Source: Candidatus Moraniibacteriota bacterium
Lineage (GTDB): Bacteria; Patescibacteriota; Minisyncoccia; Moranbacterales; GWC2-37-73
Direction: 5' to 3'
NCBI GenBank assembly: GCA_036845785.1
Contig: DAIUDF010000004.1
Span: 1-45,192 of the forward strand
DNA: 45,192 bases
Below the pieces are notes generated by a model. That model saw only the letters and a list, made by a program, of their open reading frames with translations. It was not told the origin of the DNA and searched no databases. Position numbers and translations under genes: made by a program. Positions 7,867 through 17,944 of the stretch are shown piece after piece (the stretch's first letter is position 1; each line of letters opens with the position of its first letter).

Positions 7867-8115
7867 CTAAAAAAGCTTTCTTATAAAAAGGACAAAACAA
7901 CAGCCATGGATTATAAGCAGAAATGCAATAATTCATGGCTGTTTTATTTTTTTGCCATGATTCGGCTTATATAAAAATTATGGTATAATTAAAATGTAGA
8001 AATTGAAATAATGCCTGTAAAAACGGATAATTGCAATAAAAAGATAAAAAATAAGTATTAAAATTATAATTTGTTGCCAAGGCGTATTAATAAGCATAAG
8101 TTTTAGAAAAAAATT

Positions 8116-9306
8116 TTGCAGCAACACACCAAAAATATCTTAATATCAGTTGTTTTTCTGATCCTGGCGGTGACTTTCGCGGGATTATTTTATCGTGTTT
8201 ATAAAGAAAAAAAAGCCTTAGAACTGGCCAAAATAGAAATGCAAAAAAGAGAACAAGAAGCGATTGCTGAACAGAAAAGATTGGCGGAAAAGAACAAAAT
8301 ACCGGAAATTCCCAAAATTATTCCGCGGCCGAAACCGAAACCGGTTTCCATGAAAAAAATGAAAACTCATGGTTGTGTGGCAGACGGGTTGCTTTCGGAG
8401 TATAATCCGGAAAATGATAATTTTATTGATCTTATCAATCGATCCAACTGCTACTATCTGCACCGCGCTTCTGAAACGTGGCTGATGCCGCCGGACTTTG
8501 CCACCATGAATTATGTCATGGAACAGATAACCAAGAAAGATATTGTTTATGGCATGTTTATTGCTGAAGCTATTGATACCCGGGCTGATTATTATAATGT
8601 GGATACGCACGAAAAATTTGATTTTGAAAAAATGTGCCGGGAAAGCAGTGAAAATGTTTGGGGGGAACATTCCTGCAAGCCGAATTTTGCCAGCGAAGAA
8701 TACCGCGAATATATAAAATACATTACCCGCAAAGCAATTGACTTGGGCGTGCAAAGTTTCACTTTCGGTCAAATTTATATGCAAGAAAGCGCCAAAAAAG
8801 ATTATGCGCCGAGAATCATTAAAGATATACGTGAATATGCTAAAAAACAGGGAGTGGACATTGTTATAGGCGCGCAAACCGGCAGCATCACGGATCCGGA
8901 ATATTTGGCGCTTTTTGATTATATCGAAGGCGGGGTGGGAATTGACAGTGAAGGCAATGTGGAAAATGGGCCTTGTCTTTCGCGCCGCGGCAGTTGCTGG
9001 GCGCTTTTGTGGCACAATGATTTTGCCAGCAAAGCTAAAAATGTTTTTTTACATCTGGACTGGTCTGGAATTCCGGATGACGACCTGGATATTTTTGCCC
9101 GCATGAACAAAGAAAAAAGATCTGAGACCATTAAAAATTTATATCAAAAATTTACTGCCAAAAATATGGGGTTTCTCATGCCTTTTATGGGAGTTTTATA
9201 TAAAGAAAACAATGGTTGTTATGGGCCAAAAAAGAGATTCTATTCTCCAGGCAATGAATATTCCTGCCAGGACGAGGATGTGATCAATAAAATAATGGGG
9301 AAGTAA
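8116..9306 (+). CDS. Membrane-anchored extracytoplasmic protein, possibly a TIM-barrel glycoside-hydrolase-like fold
   Basis: N-terminal TM, coiled coil, Pro/Lys linker, alpha/beta globular domain with paired Cys. Terminator hairpin at 9305-9337. Fold assignment is tentative. Confidence 0.7.
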   Translation: MQQHTKNILISVVFLILAVTFAGLFYRVYKEKKALELAKIEMQKREQEAIAEQKRLAEKNKIPEIPKIIPRPKPKPVSMKKMKTHGCVADGLLSEYNPENDNFIDLINRSNCYYLHRASETWLMPPDFATMNYVMEQITKKDIVYGMFIAEAIDTRADYYNVDTHEKFDFEKMCRESSENVWGEHSCKPNFASEEYREYIKYITRKAIDLGVQSFTFGQIYMQESAKKDYAPRIIKDIREYAKKQGVDIVIGAQTGSITDPEYLALFDYIEGGVGIDSEGNVENGPCLSRRGSCWALLWHNDFASKAKNVFLHLDWSGIPDDDLDIFARMNKEKRSETIKNLYQKFTAKNMGFLMPFMGVLYKENNGCYGPKKRFYSPGNEYSCQDEDVINKIMGK

Positions 9307-9443
9307 AATAGGACTTATAAATCGCAAGTCCTATTTTGAAAGTAATCCATAAATCCATGCGTATTAGTGCAATAGTGGGATTAAGCATATAATGAAAACG
9401 TTATAAGCTATAACTTATATATAAAATGTAATCATAAAACAAG

Positions 9444-10631
9444 ATGCTGCAATCAATCAAAGAGAAGAAATATATCTTCGGGGCTATTATTATTGTGCTC
9501 ATAATCGGAGGATATTATTGGTACAATAGATCAAAATCAAAAGATGTGGCTGTTCAATACAGGACAGCTAAGGTGGAACAAGGATCAATCACGTCTTCTG
9601 TTTCAGCGAGTGGGAATGTGGAAGTAGACCAGCTTTCCAATATTGATCCATCAATCAGCGGAACGGTCTATAACTTGTCAGTCAGCGTTGGCGATAAAGT
9701 TAAAAAGGGGCAACTGCTTTTTGAAATTGATAATGATGGTTTGGGAATCGAAGCTAATCGGGCCTATTCATCTTATCTTCAATCCAAGGCTTCTCTAGAA
9801 ACAGCTAAAGCCGGCAAAAAAGAAGCTAAAAACAATTATGACGATGCAAGTTCCAGCGAAGAATCTATCATGAAGAAAAAATATGAAGCAGCCAAGATAT
9901 CACTGGAAGTGGCAGAAAGAAATGTGCAGACCAGCTGGTCTTCCTATCAAGAGGCTCTTTCGGATGCTTCAGAAAGAAAAGTTGTTTCGCCGATTGACGG
10001 CACAGTCAATGAAATTAATATTGAAAACGGCGATAGTCTCAATAAATCTTCATCCAGCAATAGCAATGAAACACCGATTATTATTGGCGATCTTGGCACA
10101 ATGAAAGCTAAAGTGGAAATTAACGAAGTTGATATTGTGAGCGTGCAAATAGGACAAAACGCCAGCATGACTTTTGATGCTGTTGATGAACTTAAGGTTA
10201 CAGGCAAAGTTGAAAAAATTGATGCGCTGGGAACTCTTAACAGTGGTGTAGTTTCCTATAACGTGGTTATTTCTTTTGATTCACTGGACCCCAGAATCAA
10301 ACCGCAAATGAGTGTTTCTGCTGAAATAATCACCGGTTCCAAAGAGGATATTTTGATTGTTTCCAACAGCGCTATTAAAGCCCAAAACGGCGAAAATTAT
10401 GTGCAAATTATGCACAATGACGTGCCGGAAAAGCGCAAAATTAAGGTCGGTATTGCTAATGATACGAATACGGAAGTTGTCAGTGGCTTAAGCGCTGGTG
10501 ACGTAGTAGTTACCCAAACCATAAACGCTAATTCAGCCAGCAATTCATCATCTTCAAGTTCTTCCAGCTCCAACAGCAACAAATCAAACAATAATGATCG
10601 GGGCGGCCCTCCAGGTATGATGGGATTCTAG
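9444..10631 (+). CDS. Efflux periplasmic adaptor subunit (MacA/HlyD family)
   Basis: TM anchor, lipoyl-like half motifs (SGTVYNLSVSVGDKVKKGQLL; SPIDGTV), helical hairpin, GLSAGDVVV C-terminus. Confidence 0.92.
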   Translation: MLQSIKEKKYIFGAIIIVLIIGGYYWYNRSKSKDVAVQYRTAKVEQGSITSSVSASGNVEVDQLSNIDPSISGTVYNLSVSVGDKVKKGQLLFEIDNDGLGIEANRAYSSYLQSKASLETAKAGKKEAKNNYDDASSSEESIMKKKYEAAKISLEVAERNVQTSWSSYQEALSDASERKVVSPIDGTVNEINIENGDSLNKSSSSNSNETPIIIGDLGTMKAKVEINEVDIVSVQIGQNASMTFDAVDELKVTGKVEKIDALGTLNSGVVSYNVVISFDSLDPRIKPQMSVSAEIITGSKEDILIVSNSAIKAQNGENYVQIMHNDVPEKRKIKVGIANDTNTEVVSGLSAGDVVVTQTINANSASNSSSSSSSSSNSNKSNNNDRGGPPGMMGF

Positions 10632-10659
10632 AAAAATTCTAAGCACTAAAGTAATATTA

Positions 10660-11340
10660 ATGATCGAGTGTAAAAATCTAACTAAAATATATAGAAATGG
10701 TGACGTAGAAACGGTGGCCCTAAACAATGTGTCTTTTGATATTGAAAAAGGCGATTTTGTTTCCATTATCGGACCATCTGGCTCAGGCAAGTCAACTCTC
10801 ATGCACATTTTGGGCGCTTTGGATACGCCGACGAGCGGAACATATTTTTTGGATGGCAAAGAGGTTTCCAAACTGAGCGATGATGATCTTTCCGAACTCA
10901 GGCGAGATAAAATCGGTTTTGTTTTTCAAGCTTTCAATTTGCTACCGCGCACGACAGTTCTCCGCAATGTTATGTTGCCGCTTTTATATTCCAATAAAAC
11001 CGAAGAAGAAAGAGTGAAAAAAGCCAAGGAATGTTTGGCTTATGCCGGCATGGAGGAAAGTAAATTTTTGAATCTTTCCAATCAGCTTTCGGGCGGGCAA
11101 ATGCAAAGAGTGGCGATTGCCCGGTCGCTTATCAACGATCCGGCAATTATTTTAGCCGATGAACCGACTGGAAACCTGGATACTAAAACTAGCCAGGTTG
11201 TTATGCAAGCTTTTCAGGAGCTCAATAGTAAGGGGCACACTATTATTTTAATTACGCATGAAATGGATATCGCTAATTATGCCAAGCGCGTGATTCATAT
11301 TCGAGACGGAATGATTGAAAAAGACGAAATCAAAAAATAA
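10660..11340 (+). CDS. ABC transporter ATP-binding protein (MacB/LolD type)
   Basis: GPSGSGKST Walker [25 protein letters not shown]. Confidence 0.96.
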   Translation: MIECKNLTKIYRNGDVETVALNNVSFDIEKGDFVSIIGPSGSGKSTLMHILGALDTPTSGTYFLDGKEVSKLSDDDLSELRRDKIGFVFQAFNLLPRTTVLRNVMLPLLYSNKTEEERVKKAKECLAYAGMEESKFLNLSNQLSGGQMQRVAIARSLINDPAIILADEPTGNLDTKTSQVVMQAFQELNSKGHTIILITHEMDIANYAKRVIHIRDGMIEKDEIKK

Positions 11341-11347
11341 ATTAAAT

Positions 11348-11433
11348 CCCCACTAATTTACTAATCAATTACGAATATACTAATGTACGAAAAAATGATT
11401 AGTATATTAGTAAAAAATTAGTAATTAGTTGGA
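11348..11433. repeat. ACTAAT/ACGAAT-type inverted oligomer repeat
   Basis: CCCCACTAATTTACTAATC shared with 16058-16076. Right half is runs of ATTAGT. Confidence 0.8.
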
Positions 11434-11456
11434 AGTTGAGTGGAATTTATAATTTT

Positions 11457-12668
11457 ATGCTACGTGACCTACTTAAAGAAACAATTTGGTCGCTTTCTGC
11501 CAACAAAGTGAGATCAGGACTCACAATTTTAGGTATTATAATTGGGGTTGGATCGGTTATTGCCATGGTGGCGATTGGCCAAGGATCGCAAGCTTCTATT
11601 TCGGAAAAAATCGAATCCATCGGTTCTAATTTAATTATGATTCAACCGGGATCTCAAAGAAGCGGTGGAGTTCGAACTTTTTCCAGCATGAAAACACTGA
11701 CAGAAGAGGATATGGATGCAATCAAAAGAGATGTTTCTAACATTGCTGCGATTGCTCCGGTGGATAGCGGACGCTATCAGATAACAGCCAAAGGCACCAA
11801 TACAAACACGCAGACAGTTGGAACAACGCCTGAATATGCCAGCATTAAAAATATAGAAATGAATTTGGGAACTTTTATTTCCGAATATCATTCTAAAATT
11901 GCGGCCAAAGTCGCAGTTCTGGGTCCAGATACGCGGGACGATCTCTTTGGCGAAGACGCAGATCCTCTGGGTCAAACTATTCGTGTGAACGGGGTTGAAT
12001 TCAAAATTATTGGTGTGACCAAAGCCAAAGGCAGCAGCGGAATGGGCATTTCCGATGACGTGGTTTATATTCCTTTCTACGCCTCGCAACATTATTTGAC
12101 TGGCAATGATTATGTTAGTTCTATAAACATTACAGTTAGCAATCAAGATGAAATGACATCAGTTCAGGAACAAATTACTGAACTGCTACTCAAACGACAC
12201 GGGATAACCGATTCCAGTTCGGCTGATTTTCGCGTCATGAATCAGGCTGACATTTTGGAAACAGCTTCTAGCATCACCGGCACACTCACACTTCTCTTGG
12301 CCTGCATCGCTGGCATCTCGCTTTTGGTAGGTGGCATCGGGATTATGAATATGATGCTAACAACTGTCACGGAAAGAACCAGAGAAATCGGTCTAAGGAA
12401 AGCCGTTGGTATTAAAAAATTATACATCAATCTGCAGTTTTTGGCGGAAGCCATCATGTTGACTTTCTTGGGCGGTTTTATTGGGATTGTTTTCGGCTGG
12501 ATTGTTTCACTTTTGGTTTCGCAGTTTTCAACTCTCACAACCAAAATTTCAATCTCTTCAATCTTTTTAGCCTTCGGTGTTTCAGCTATTATTGGAATTG
12601 TGTTTGGTTTCTACCCTGCCCGAAGAGCTGCCAACCTTAGTCCAATGGAAGCACTAAGGTATGAATAA
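11457..12668 (+). CDS. ABC transporter permease (MacB/FtsX family)
   Basis: RSGLTILGIIIGVGSVIAM...GGIGIMNMMLTTVTERTREIGLRKAVG...PARRAANLSPMEALRYE. ATG at 11457 preferred over TTG at 11436. Confidence 0.95.
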   Translation: MLRDLLKETIWSLSANKVRSGLTILGIIIGVGSVIAMVAIGQGSQASISEKIESIGSNLIMIQPGSQRSGGVRTFSSMKTLTEEDMDAIKRDVSNIAAIAPVDSGRYQITAKGTNTNTQTVGTTPEYASIKNIEMNLGTFISEYHSKIAAKVAVLGPDTRDDLFGEDADPLGQTIRVNGVEFKIIGVTKAKGSSGMGISDDVVYIPFYASQHYLTGNDYVSSINITVSNQDEMTSVQEQITELLLKRHGITDSSSADFRVMNQADILETASSITGTLTLLLACIAGISLLVGGIGIMNMMLTTVTERTREIGLRKAVGIKKLYINLQFLAEAIMLTFLGGFIGIVFGWIVSLLVSQFSTLTTKISISSIFLAFGVSAIIGIVFGFYPARRAANLSPMEALRYE

Positions 12669-12715
12669 GAAACTTTGACTTTTACGGGGAGTATTATAAT
12701 GTATAAATACTTCCT

Positions 12716-13927
12716 ATGAATATGAAAACTTCAACAATTAAAGAAGCTCCTTTGGCGGACCGAATGCGACCCGAGAAACTCGCGGATTTTTTCGGTCAGG
12801 AAGAGCTCATTGGAGAAAAATCTTTTTTGCGCCAGGCGATTCAAAATGACAACGTGCCGTCGCTCATTTTTTGGGGACCGCCGGGGAGCGGCAAAACCAC
12901 CCTAGCTTCCATTATTGCGCACGAAACCGAGGCGAACTTTGTGGAACTCAGCGGTGTTGCCAGTGGCAAGAAAGATCTTCTGGCAATTATTAAAGAGGCT
13001 AAAGAAAATAAAGAAAAGAAAATCAAAACCATTTTATTCATCGACGAAATTCATCGCTGGAACAAAGCGCAGCAAGACGCGCTTTTGCCACACGTGGAAC
13101 ATGGGGTTGTGACGCTCATTGGCGCGACCACCGAAAATCCAAGCTTTGAAGTGATTTCCGCTTTGGTTTCGCGTTCACGGGTTTTAGTTTTGAACAAACT
13201 GGAACCTGAGGACATTGAAAAAATTCTGGAGCATGCGCTCAAGGACAAAGAAAAGGGACTCGGAAATAAAAAAATAAAAATTGCCAAAGAAGTCATTTCT
13301 CACATTGCGAGGCTCGCCAATGGTGATGCGCGCATGGCGCTCAACACTTTGGAAACCGCCAGCTTTCAATCAGACAACATTACTTCCGAACTCATCAAAA
13401 AAGTTCTGCAAAAATCACATCTCTATTACGACAAAACCGGTGAAGAACATTACAATATTATTTCTGCTCTCCATAAATCAATGCGCGGCGGCGATGCCAA
13501 TGCGGCGCTCTATTGGCTTGCTCGTATGCTCGAGGGCGGGGAAGAACCAAGATATGTGGCCAGGAGACTTCTCCGATTTGCTTCGGAAGACGTGGGACTG
13601 GCTGACAATTTTGCTTTGGTTTTAGCCAATAATGTTTTTGATGCTTGCCACAAATTGGGTATGCCGGAGTGCAGTGTGCACCTCGCGCAATTAGTAATTT
13701 ATCTTTCCAAAGCGCCGAAAAGTGTCGAAGCCTATTTTGCCTACGGCAAAGCCAGGAAAGATGTGGAAGAATTTGGCAACCTGCCGGTGCCGATGCACAT
13801 CCGAAACGCGCCGACGAAACTCATGGAAAAATTGGGTTATGGCAAAGGCTATAAATATACGCCGCTTGAAGATAGCACTGGTCAAGAATATTTACCCAAA
13901 GAACTTAAGGGTAGAAAATATTTATAG
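12716..13927 (+). CDS. rarA: Replication-associated recombination protein A (RarA/MgsA)
   Basis: [53 protein letters not shown]. Confidence 0.96.
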   Translation: MNMKTSTIKEAPLADRMRPEKLADFFGQEELIGEKSFLRQAIQNDNVPSLIFWGPPGSGKTTLASIIAHETEANFVELSGVASGKKDLLAIIKEAKENKEKKIKTILFIDEIHRWNKAQQDALLPHVEHGVVTLIGATTENPSFEVISALVSRSRVLVLNKLEPEDIEKILEHALKDKEKGLGNKKIKIAKEVISHIARLANGDARMALNTLETASFQSDNITSELIKKVLQKSHLYYDKTGEEHYNIISALHKSMRGGDANAALYWLARMLEGGEEPRYVARRLLRFASEDVGLADNFALVLANNVFDACHKLGMPECSVHLAQLVIYLSKAPKSVEAYFAYGKARKDVEEFGNLPVPMHIRNAPTKLMEKLGYGKGYKYTPLEDSTGQEYLPKELKGRKYL

Positions 13928-14004
13928 GTTAATGAAAAAATAAAAAATAATTTTTGCTTATAATTTATTTAAAAATTGCACGCGGACTTCTAGAGCTTAA
14001 ATAA

Positions 14005-14033
14005 TTGACTTTTTGTTCGTTTGGGTGTATAAT
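14005..14033 (+). promoter_or_regulatory. Consensus sigma70 promoter
   Basis: TTGACT-N17-TATAAT, followed by an AAACGGGTG/CACCCGTTT hairpin in the leader. Confidence 0.8.
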
Positions 14034-14115
14034 GGATATATTGAAATAGATAGAGTTGAAACGGGTGACCACCCGTTTTTGCTTTATTTAGGGGAAATGC
14101 TGATAAAGTTAAATA

Positions 14116-14985
14116 TTGTCCCGCACCAAATTCCGAAATTTATCCAAGCATAAGTTTGCTTCAGAAAAAATGAAAAAAAACAAAAAGAAAAACAAAAAAA
14201 TAAGTCGCGCCAAAAAGTCCGCCCGAAATGAAAAAAAAACTTTGAAAAGGAAGGCGAAAAATAAAAAACACAAACGTGTTGTTTTAAAAAGCAAGAAAAA
14301 AAACAAGAAAATTTCAATTAAGCGGAAAAAGAAAGTTGGGGAAAAACTTAAACGGCGCAAAAAACAAAAATCTAAAAAACAAAACATAGTGCCTTTGAGT
14401 CTAGGAAAGATTCAGCCATCCAAAGCCAGAATTTTAGCCCTATTTATTTCAGTGATTTTTATGGCGACAGGCGTGGTTTTTATGGGTGTTTTCGAGCCTA
14501 AAGAAAGCCAAAATGGCCAGGTAGCGGGGGTGTCAACAGAAGCTGTTAAAAAGAATATTAAACTGGAAAGAGGCATAAAAAAGATGGTTGAAGGTTATCC
14601 GATTGAAAAAATGGCTCCTTATATTGCTAAAAAAAATCCTAAAACCGCTGCTTTTTTGGTAGCGATTGCCAAAAAAGAAAGCAATTGGGGAAAAAGAAAG
14701 CCAGTCTTGAATGGGGAGGATTGCTATAACTATTGGGGATTCCGTTTGAAAACAGAAAGAATGGGCAGCGACGGACATACCTGTTTTGATTCACCCAAAC
14801 AGGCAGTGGATATGGTAGCCAAAAGGCTGGACGAACTTATTGAGGAAGAAAAAATAGATTCGCCTAATGATATGATTGTCTGGAAATGCGGCTATGGTTG
14901 CCAGAATGATAATAAAGACAAGAGCGAGCTTAAATGGATCAAGGACGTGGGCTATTATTATAATGAATTGGAGAGATATTTATAG
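14116..14985 (+). CDS. Membrane protein with Lys/Arg-rich N-terminal tail and lysozyme-like extracellular domain
   Basis: Long K/R tract, one TM, then FLVAIAKKESNWG...NYWG motif typical of lysozyme-fold glucosaminidase/muramidase domains. Start uncertain (TTG 14116 or ATG 14170). Confidence 0.75.
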   Translation: MSRTKFRNLSKHKFASEKMKKNKKKNKKISRAKKSARNEKKTLKRKAKNKKHKRVVLKSKKKNKKISIKRKKKVGEKLKRRKKQKSKKQNIVPLSLGKIQPSKARILALFISVIFMATGVVFMGVFEPKESQNGQVAGVSTEAVKKNIKLERGIKKMVEGYPIEKMAPYIAKKNPKTAAFLVAIAKKESNWGKRKPVLNGEDCYNYWGFRLKTERMGSDGHTCFDSPKQAVDMVAKRLDELIEEEKIDSPNDMIVWKCGYGCQNDNKDKSELKWIKDVGYYYNELERYL

Positions 14986-15257
14986 ATAAAACAAAAAAAT
15001 ATATTTGTTTACGAGAAAATATTTTTCAGTAAACGTTGTTGCAGAAGCAACAAAAAATATTTTTAATAAAGTTAATAAAACAAAAACAAACAAAAAAACA
15101 AAAAAGGACATGGCGTCCTTTTTTAGTTTGGCTTGTATTTTTTTGGCAGTTTGCTATAGTTTCTGGACGAAATATTAAACCAAAATGAATTTTGGTTGCA
15201 GTTATTTGAAATAAGAACAAAAACGTTTTTAGATATAACGCAAGAAAGGAGTAAGTT

Positions 15258-15560
15258 ATGGATACAAAAAACTGTTGTGGGCATGTGCTTGAGTGGGAAA
15301 TTGTTAGTTTGCAATGCCATACTTTTAAGGTTATGGAGGCACGGTGTACAGAATGTAGAAAAAGGTATACAAAAAGATCTGACAGTGAAGTTGTATACAG
15401 GAGCGAAGAGGGGAAAATAACATGTACAAATTGTAACTCGGAAGCCAAATTGGCAGAGATTTTGCATGATGTATCTGTTGGCCGGAAGAAAAGGACGGTC
15501 ACTGAGTTTGTTCCCCATTGCCCTTGTTGTGAAAAACTGCCGTTGAAGCTGGCGCAATAA
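15258..15560 (+). CDS. Multi-CxxC zinc-finger protein
   Basis: CTEC, CTNC, CPCC. Strong SD (AAGGAG). Terminator at 15569-15608. Confidence 0.75.
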   Translation: MDTKNCCGHVLEWEIVSLQCHTFKVMEARCTECRKRYTKRSDSEVVYRSEEGKITCTNCNSEAKLAEILHDVSVGRKKRTVTEFVPHCPCCEKLPLKLAQ

Positions 15561-15679
15561 GGAATGTCAAAATGCCGCAATCTTTTAAATAAGAGATTGC
15601 GGCATTTTCTTTATCTAAAAATTTTTTTATGGTATCATGGAAAGCGTTGTTTTATAAAAATTAATTTAAATAAGCGAAT

Positions 15680-16051
15680 ATGCAAAATGTACAAGATGTT
15701 TTCAACAAAATTCGGGAAATGAAGAAGGAGCAAAAGGACATCCGGGATATGTATAAGGATGCCTTGGTGCAAGCGGATAAATATGAAGAAATTGTGGAAG
15801 AAATCAAAGTTCTCCGCGAAAAGAAAAAAGAAATTGAAGCCAGGATTCAGGCTGATTTGGGTCGCAGTTGGGAAAAATTTGAAGATTTGAAGTTACAAGT
15901 TGATGCTGAAAAAGAAATGTTGAATGACATTGCCATTTCAACTCTTATGAAAGGGGAAACTGTTGTTGCTAAAGATGAATTTGATAATGTCTATGAGCCG
16001 GTTTGGAAAGTTAATTTCAAGAAAACGAATTTAGGGCAAACGACAGAATAA
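15680..16051 (+). CDS. Coiled-coil hypothetical protein
   Basis: 123-aa charged helical ORF with host-like codon use. Confidence 0.8.
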   Translation: MQNVQDVFNKIREMKKEQKDIRDMYKDALVQADKYEEIVEEIKVLREKKKEIEARIQADLGRSWEKFEDLKLQVDAEKEMLNDIAISTLMKGETVVAKDEFDNVYEPVWKVNFKKTNLGQTTE

Positions 16052-16057
16052 TTTTGT

Positions 16058-16142
16058 CCCCACTAATTTACTAATCCTGTACCAATATACTAATTTTCAG
16101 AGTTTATTTGTATATTAGTAAGAGATTTGTATTTTAGTCGGA
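16058..16142. repeat. ACTAAT-type inverted oligomer repeat
   Basis: Left end matches 11348. Right end TATTAGTAAGAGATT..TTTAGTCGG matches 26462-26490. Confidence 0.8.
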
Positions 16143-16153
16143 ACATGTTAGAT

Positions 16154-17203
16154 ATGAATAATAATTTTTGGCAAGAATTATCGAAAAAGAAAAAGCCGTT
16201 TTTTGCGTTGGCACCAATGCATGACGTCACTGACATCGCCACTCGGCAGATGCTGGTTAAATATGGAAAGCCGGACGTTTTGTTCACAGAATTTGTGGCC
16301 TCAGATGGCCTCATGGACAAGAAAGGCAGGCAAGTTCTCCTGAAAACTTTGCGTTTTTTTGAAAATGAACATCCGATTGTGGCGCAATTTTTCGGAGCCA
16401 AACCGGAGAACTTTCGTGAGTGTGCTAAAATTGCCAGAGAGCTGGGTTTTGACGGAATTGACATCAATATGGGTTGTCCAGACAAAAGCGTTGTTGAGCA
16501 GGGAGCGGGTGCAGCGCTGATCAAAAACCCGAAACGAGCCAGAGAAATCATCCAGGCGACCAAAGAGGGTGCTGGCGATTTGCCTGTTTCAATCAAAACG
16601 CGCATTGGTTTTAGCCAAAATGAAATCGAAACATGGCTCCCGGAAATTTTAGCCGAAAAACCGGCAGCGATTACGATTCACGGCCGGACTAAAAAACAAG
16701 CCTTTGTTGGGGGTGCTGATTGGGATGTCATCAAAAGGGCCGCAGAAATTGCCAAGGGCTCAGGCGTTGTTATTATTGGCAATGGTGATGTTAAAAGCAT
16801 AAAAGACGGAATTTTGAAGGCCAGAAAAGCTAAAGTGCAGGGCGTTATGGCCGGGCGTGCCATTTTGGGCAATCCCTGGTTTTTCAATCGCAAGAAAAAA
16901 ATCGAAAAAATTCCGCTTAAAGAAAGGCTGGAAGCGATGATTGAACACGCTCGAATTTTCGAAAAAGAATTGAAGGGTGTTCACCCTGTTAAATCCCCGC
17001 GAAGCGGGGTCGCCAAAGGCGAATTTAACAGGGTAAAGGGTTATGACGTGATCAAGAAGCATTATGCCACTTATGCCAGAGGATTTGATGGCGCCAAAGA
17101 ACTGCGCGGGGAGCTTATGCAAACCAAAAACGCCAAGCAGGCGGAAAGAGTTGTCGAGAAATTTTTAAAAGAATATAATGAAAAAGTAATTTCTAAAAAA
17201 TAA
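16154..17203 (+). CDS. tRNA-dihydrouridine synthase (Dus family), carrying an in-frame palindromic insert
   Basis: LAPMHDVTD, DINMGCP, ITIHGRT, IGNGDV, VMAGRAILGNPW. Start may be 16145 or 16154. Confidence 0.93.
   Translation: MNNNFWQELSKKKKPFFALAPMHDVTDIATRQMLVKYGKPDVLFTEFVASDGLMDKKGRQVLLKTLRFFENEHPIVAQFFGAKPENFRECAKIARELGFDGIDINMGCPDKSVVEQGAGAALIKNPKRAREIIQATKEGAGDLPVSIKTRIGFSQNEIETWLPEILAEKPAAITIHGRTKKQAFVGGADWDVIKRAAEIAKGSGVVIIGNGDVKSIKDGILKARKAKVQGVMAGRAILGNPWFFNRKKKIEKIPLKERLEAMIEHARIFEKELKGVHPVKSPRSGVAKGEFNRVKGYDVIKKHYATYARGFDGAKELRGELMQTKNAKQAERVVEKFLKEYNEKVISKK
16981..17037. repeat. In-frame palindromic element in dus
   Basis: ACCCTGTTAAAT/ATTTAACAGGGT stem (16983-17034) with two inner hairpins. 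Encodes HPVKSPRSGVAKGEFNRVK. Confidence 0.85.
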
Positions 17204-17207
17204 AACA

Positions 17208-17537
17208 GTGAATAAAAAAATTAAAAAAATATTCATTATCGCATTGATTATATTCGCAGTTGCATATTTAGCAGTTTTTATTTTCAGGGAAATACGAATA
17301 TTTAATTTTCCGCAGCCATATAAAGAATATGCTCGTAAAAATTGTGGTATTATTAATACTTTATTTCCATTAAGTTGTTGTCTGGAAGTTGTTTATGAAA
17401 ATGCAAAAGATAATGTTCCAGTGCCTGACAAGAATGGTTCGTGTCCTGATGATATGATAAAGGTTGCTGTGGGTTGTTTGGGAGCTCCTGAAGTATGTGT
17501 TTTAACACCGCATTTTATGAAAAAAGACTTTAATTAA
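17208..17537 (+). CDS. Membrane-anchored Cys-rich hypothetical protein
   Basis: N-terminal TM and six Cys. GTG start 4 nt after the dus stop. Confidence 0.7.
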   Translation: MNKKIKKIFIIALIIFAVAYLAVFIFREIRIFNFPQPYKEYARKNCGIINTLFPLSCCLEVVYENAKDNVPVPDKNGSCPDDMIKVAVGCLGAPEVCVLTPHFMKKDFN

Positions 17538-17539
17538 TA

Positions 17540-17920
17540 ATGATTAAAAAATTTATGAAAATAATCATCCATTGGTTTTTGTCTGCTTTAGCAGTCGTCA
17601 TCACAGCCTATCTGTTGCCACCTGACGCAGTTTATGTTAAAAGTTTTTTTGTAGCGCTGGTGGTAGCGGTGGTTCTGGGTTTTCTTAATAGTATTATTCG
17701 GCCGATTTTGATTGTCTTGACTTTGCCAATTGAAATTTTGACATTGGGACTTTTCACTTTCGTCATCAATGCCGGATTGGTTTTGCTGGCGAGCAATATT
17801 GTTCCAGGTTTTCATGTTAACGGTTTTATTTGGGCTTTGGTTTTCAGTCTGGTTCTTTGGCTAATTAATACGGTTCTGCATCTTTTTGAACCAAGCAAAC
17901 ATCATCACAGTAAGAAATAG
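17540..17920 (+). CDS. Phage-holin-like membrane protein (YvlD/DUF360 family)
   Basis: ALVVAVVLGFLNSIIRPILIVLTLPIEILTLGLFTFVINA...VPGF. Confidence 0.9.
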   Translation: MIKKFMKIIIHWFLSALAVVITAYLLPPDAVYVKSFFVALVVAVVLGFLNSIIRPILIVLTLPIEILTLGLFTFVINAGLVLLASNIVPGFHVNGFIWALVFSLVLWLINTVLHLFEPSKHHHSKK

Positions 17921-17944
17921 AATTGTCATAATATTCAATAATTT

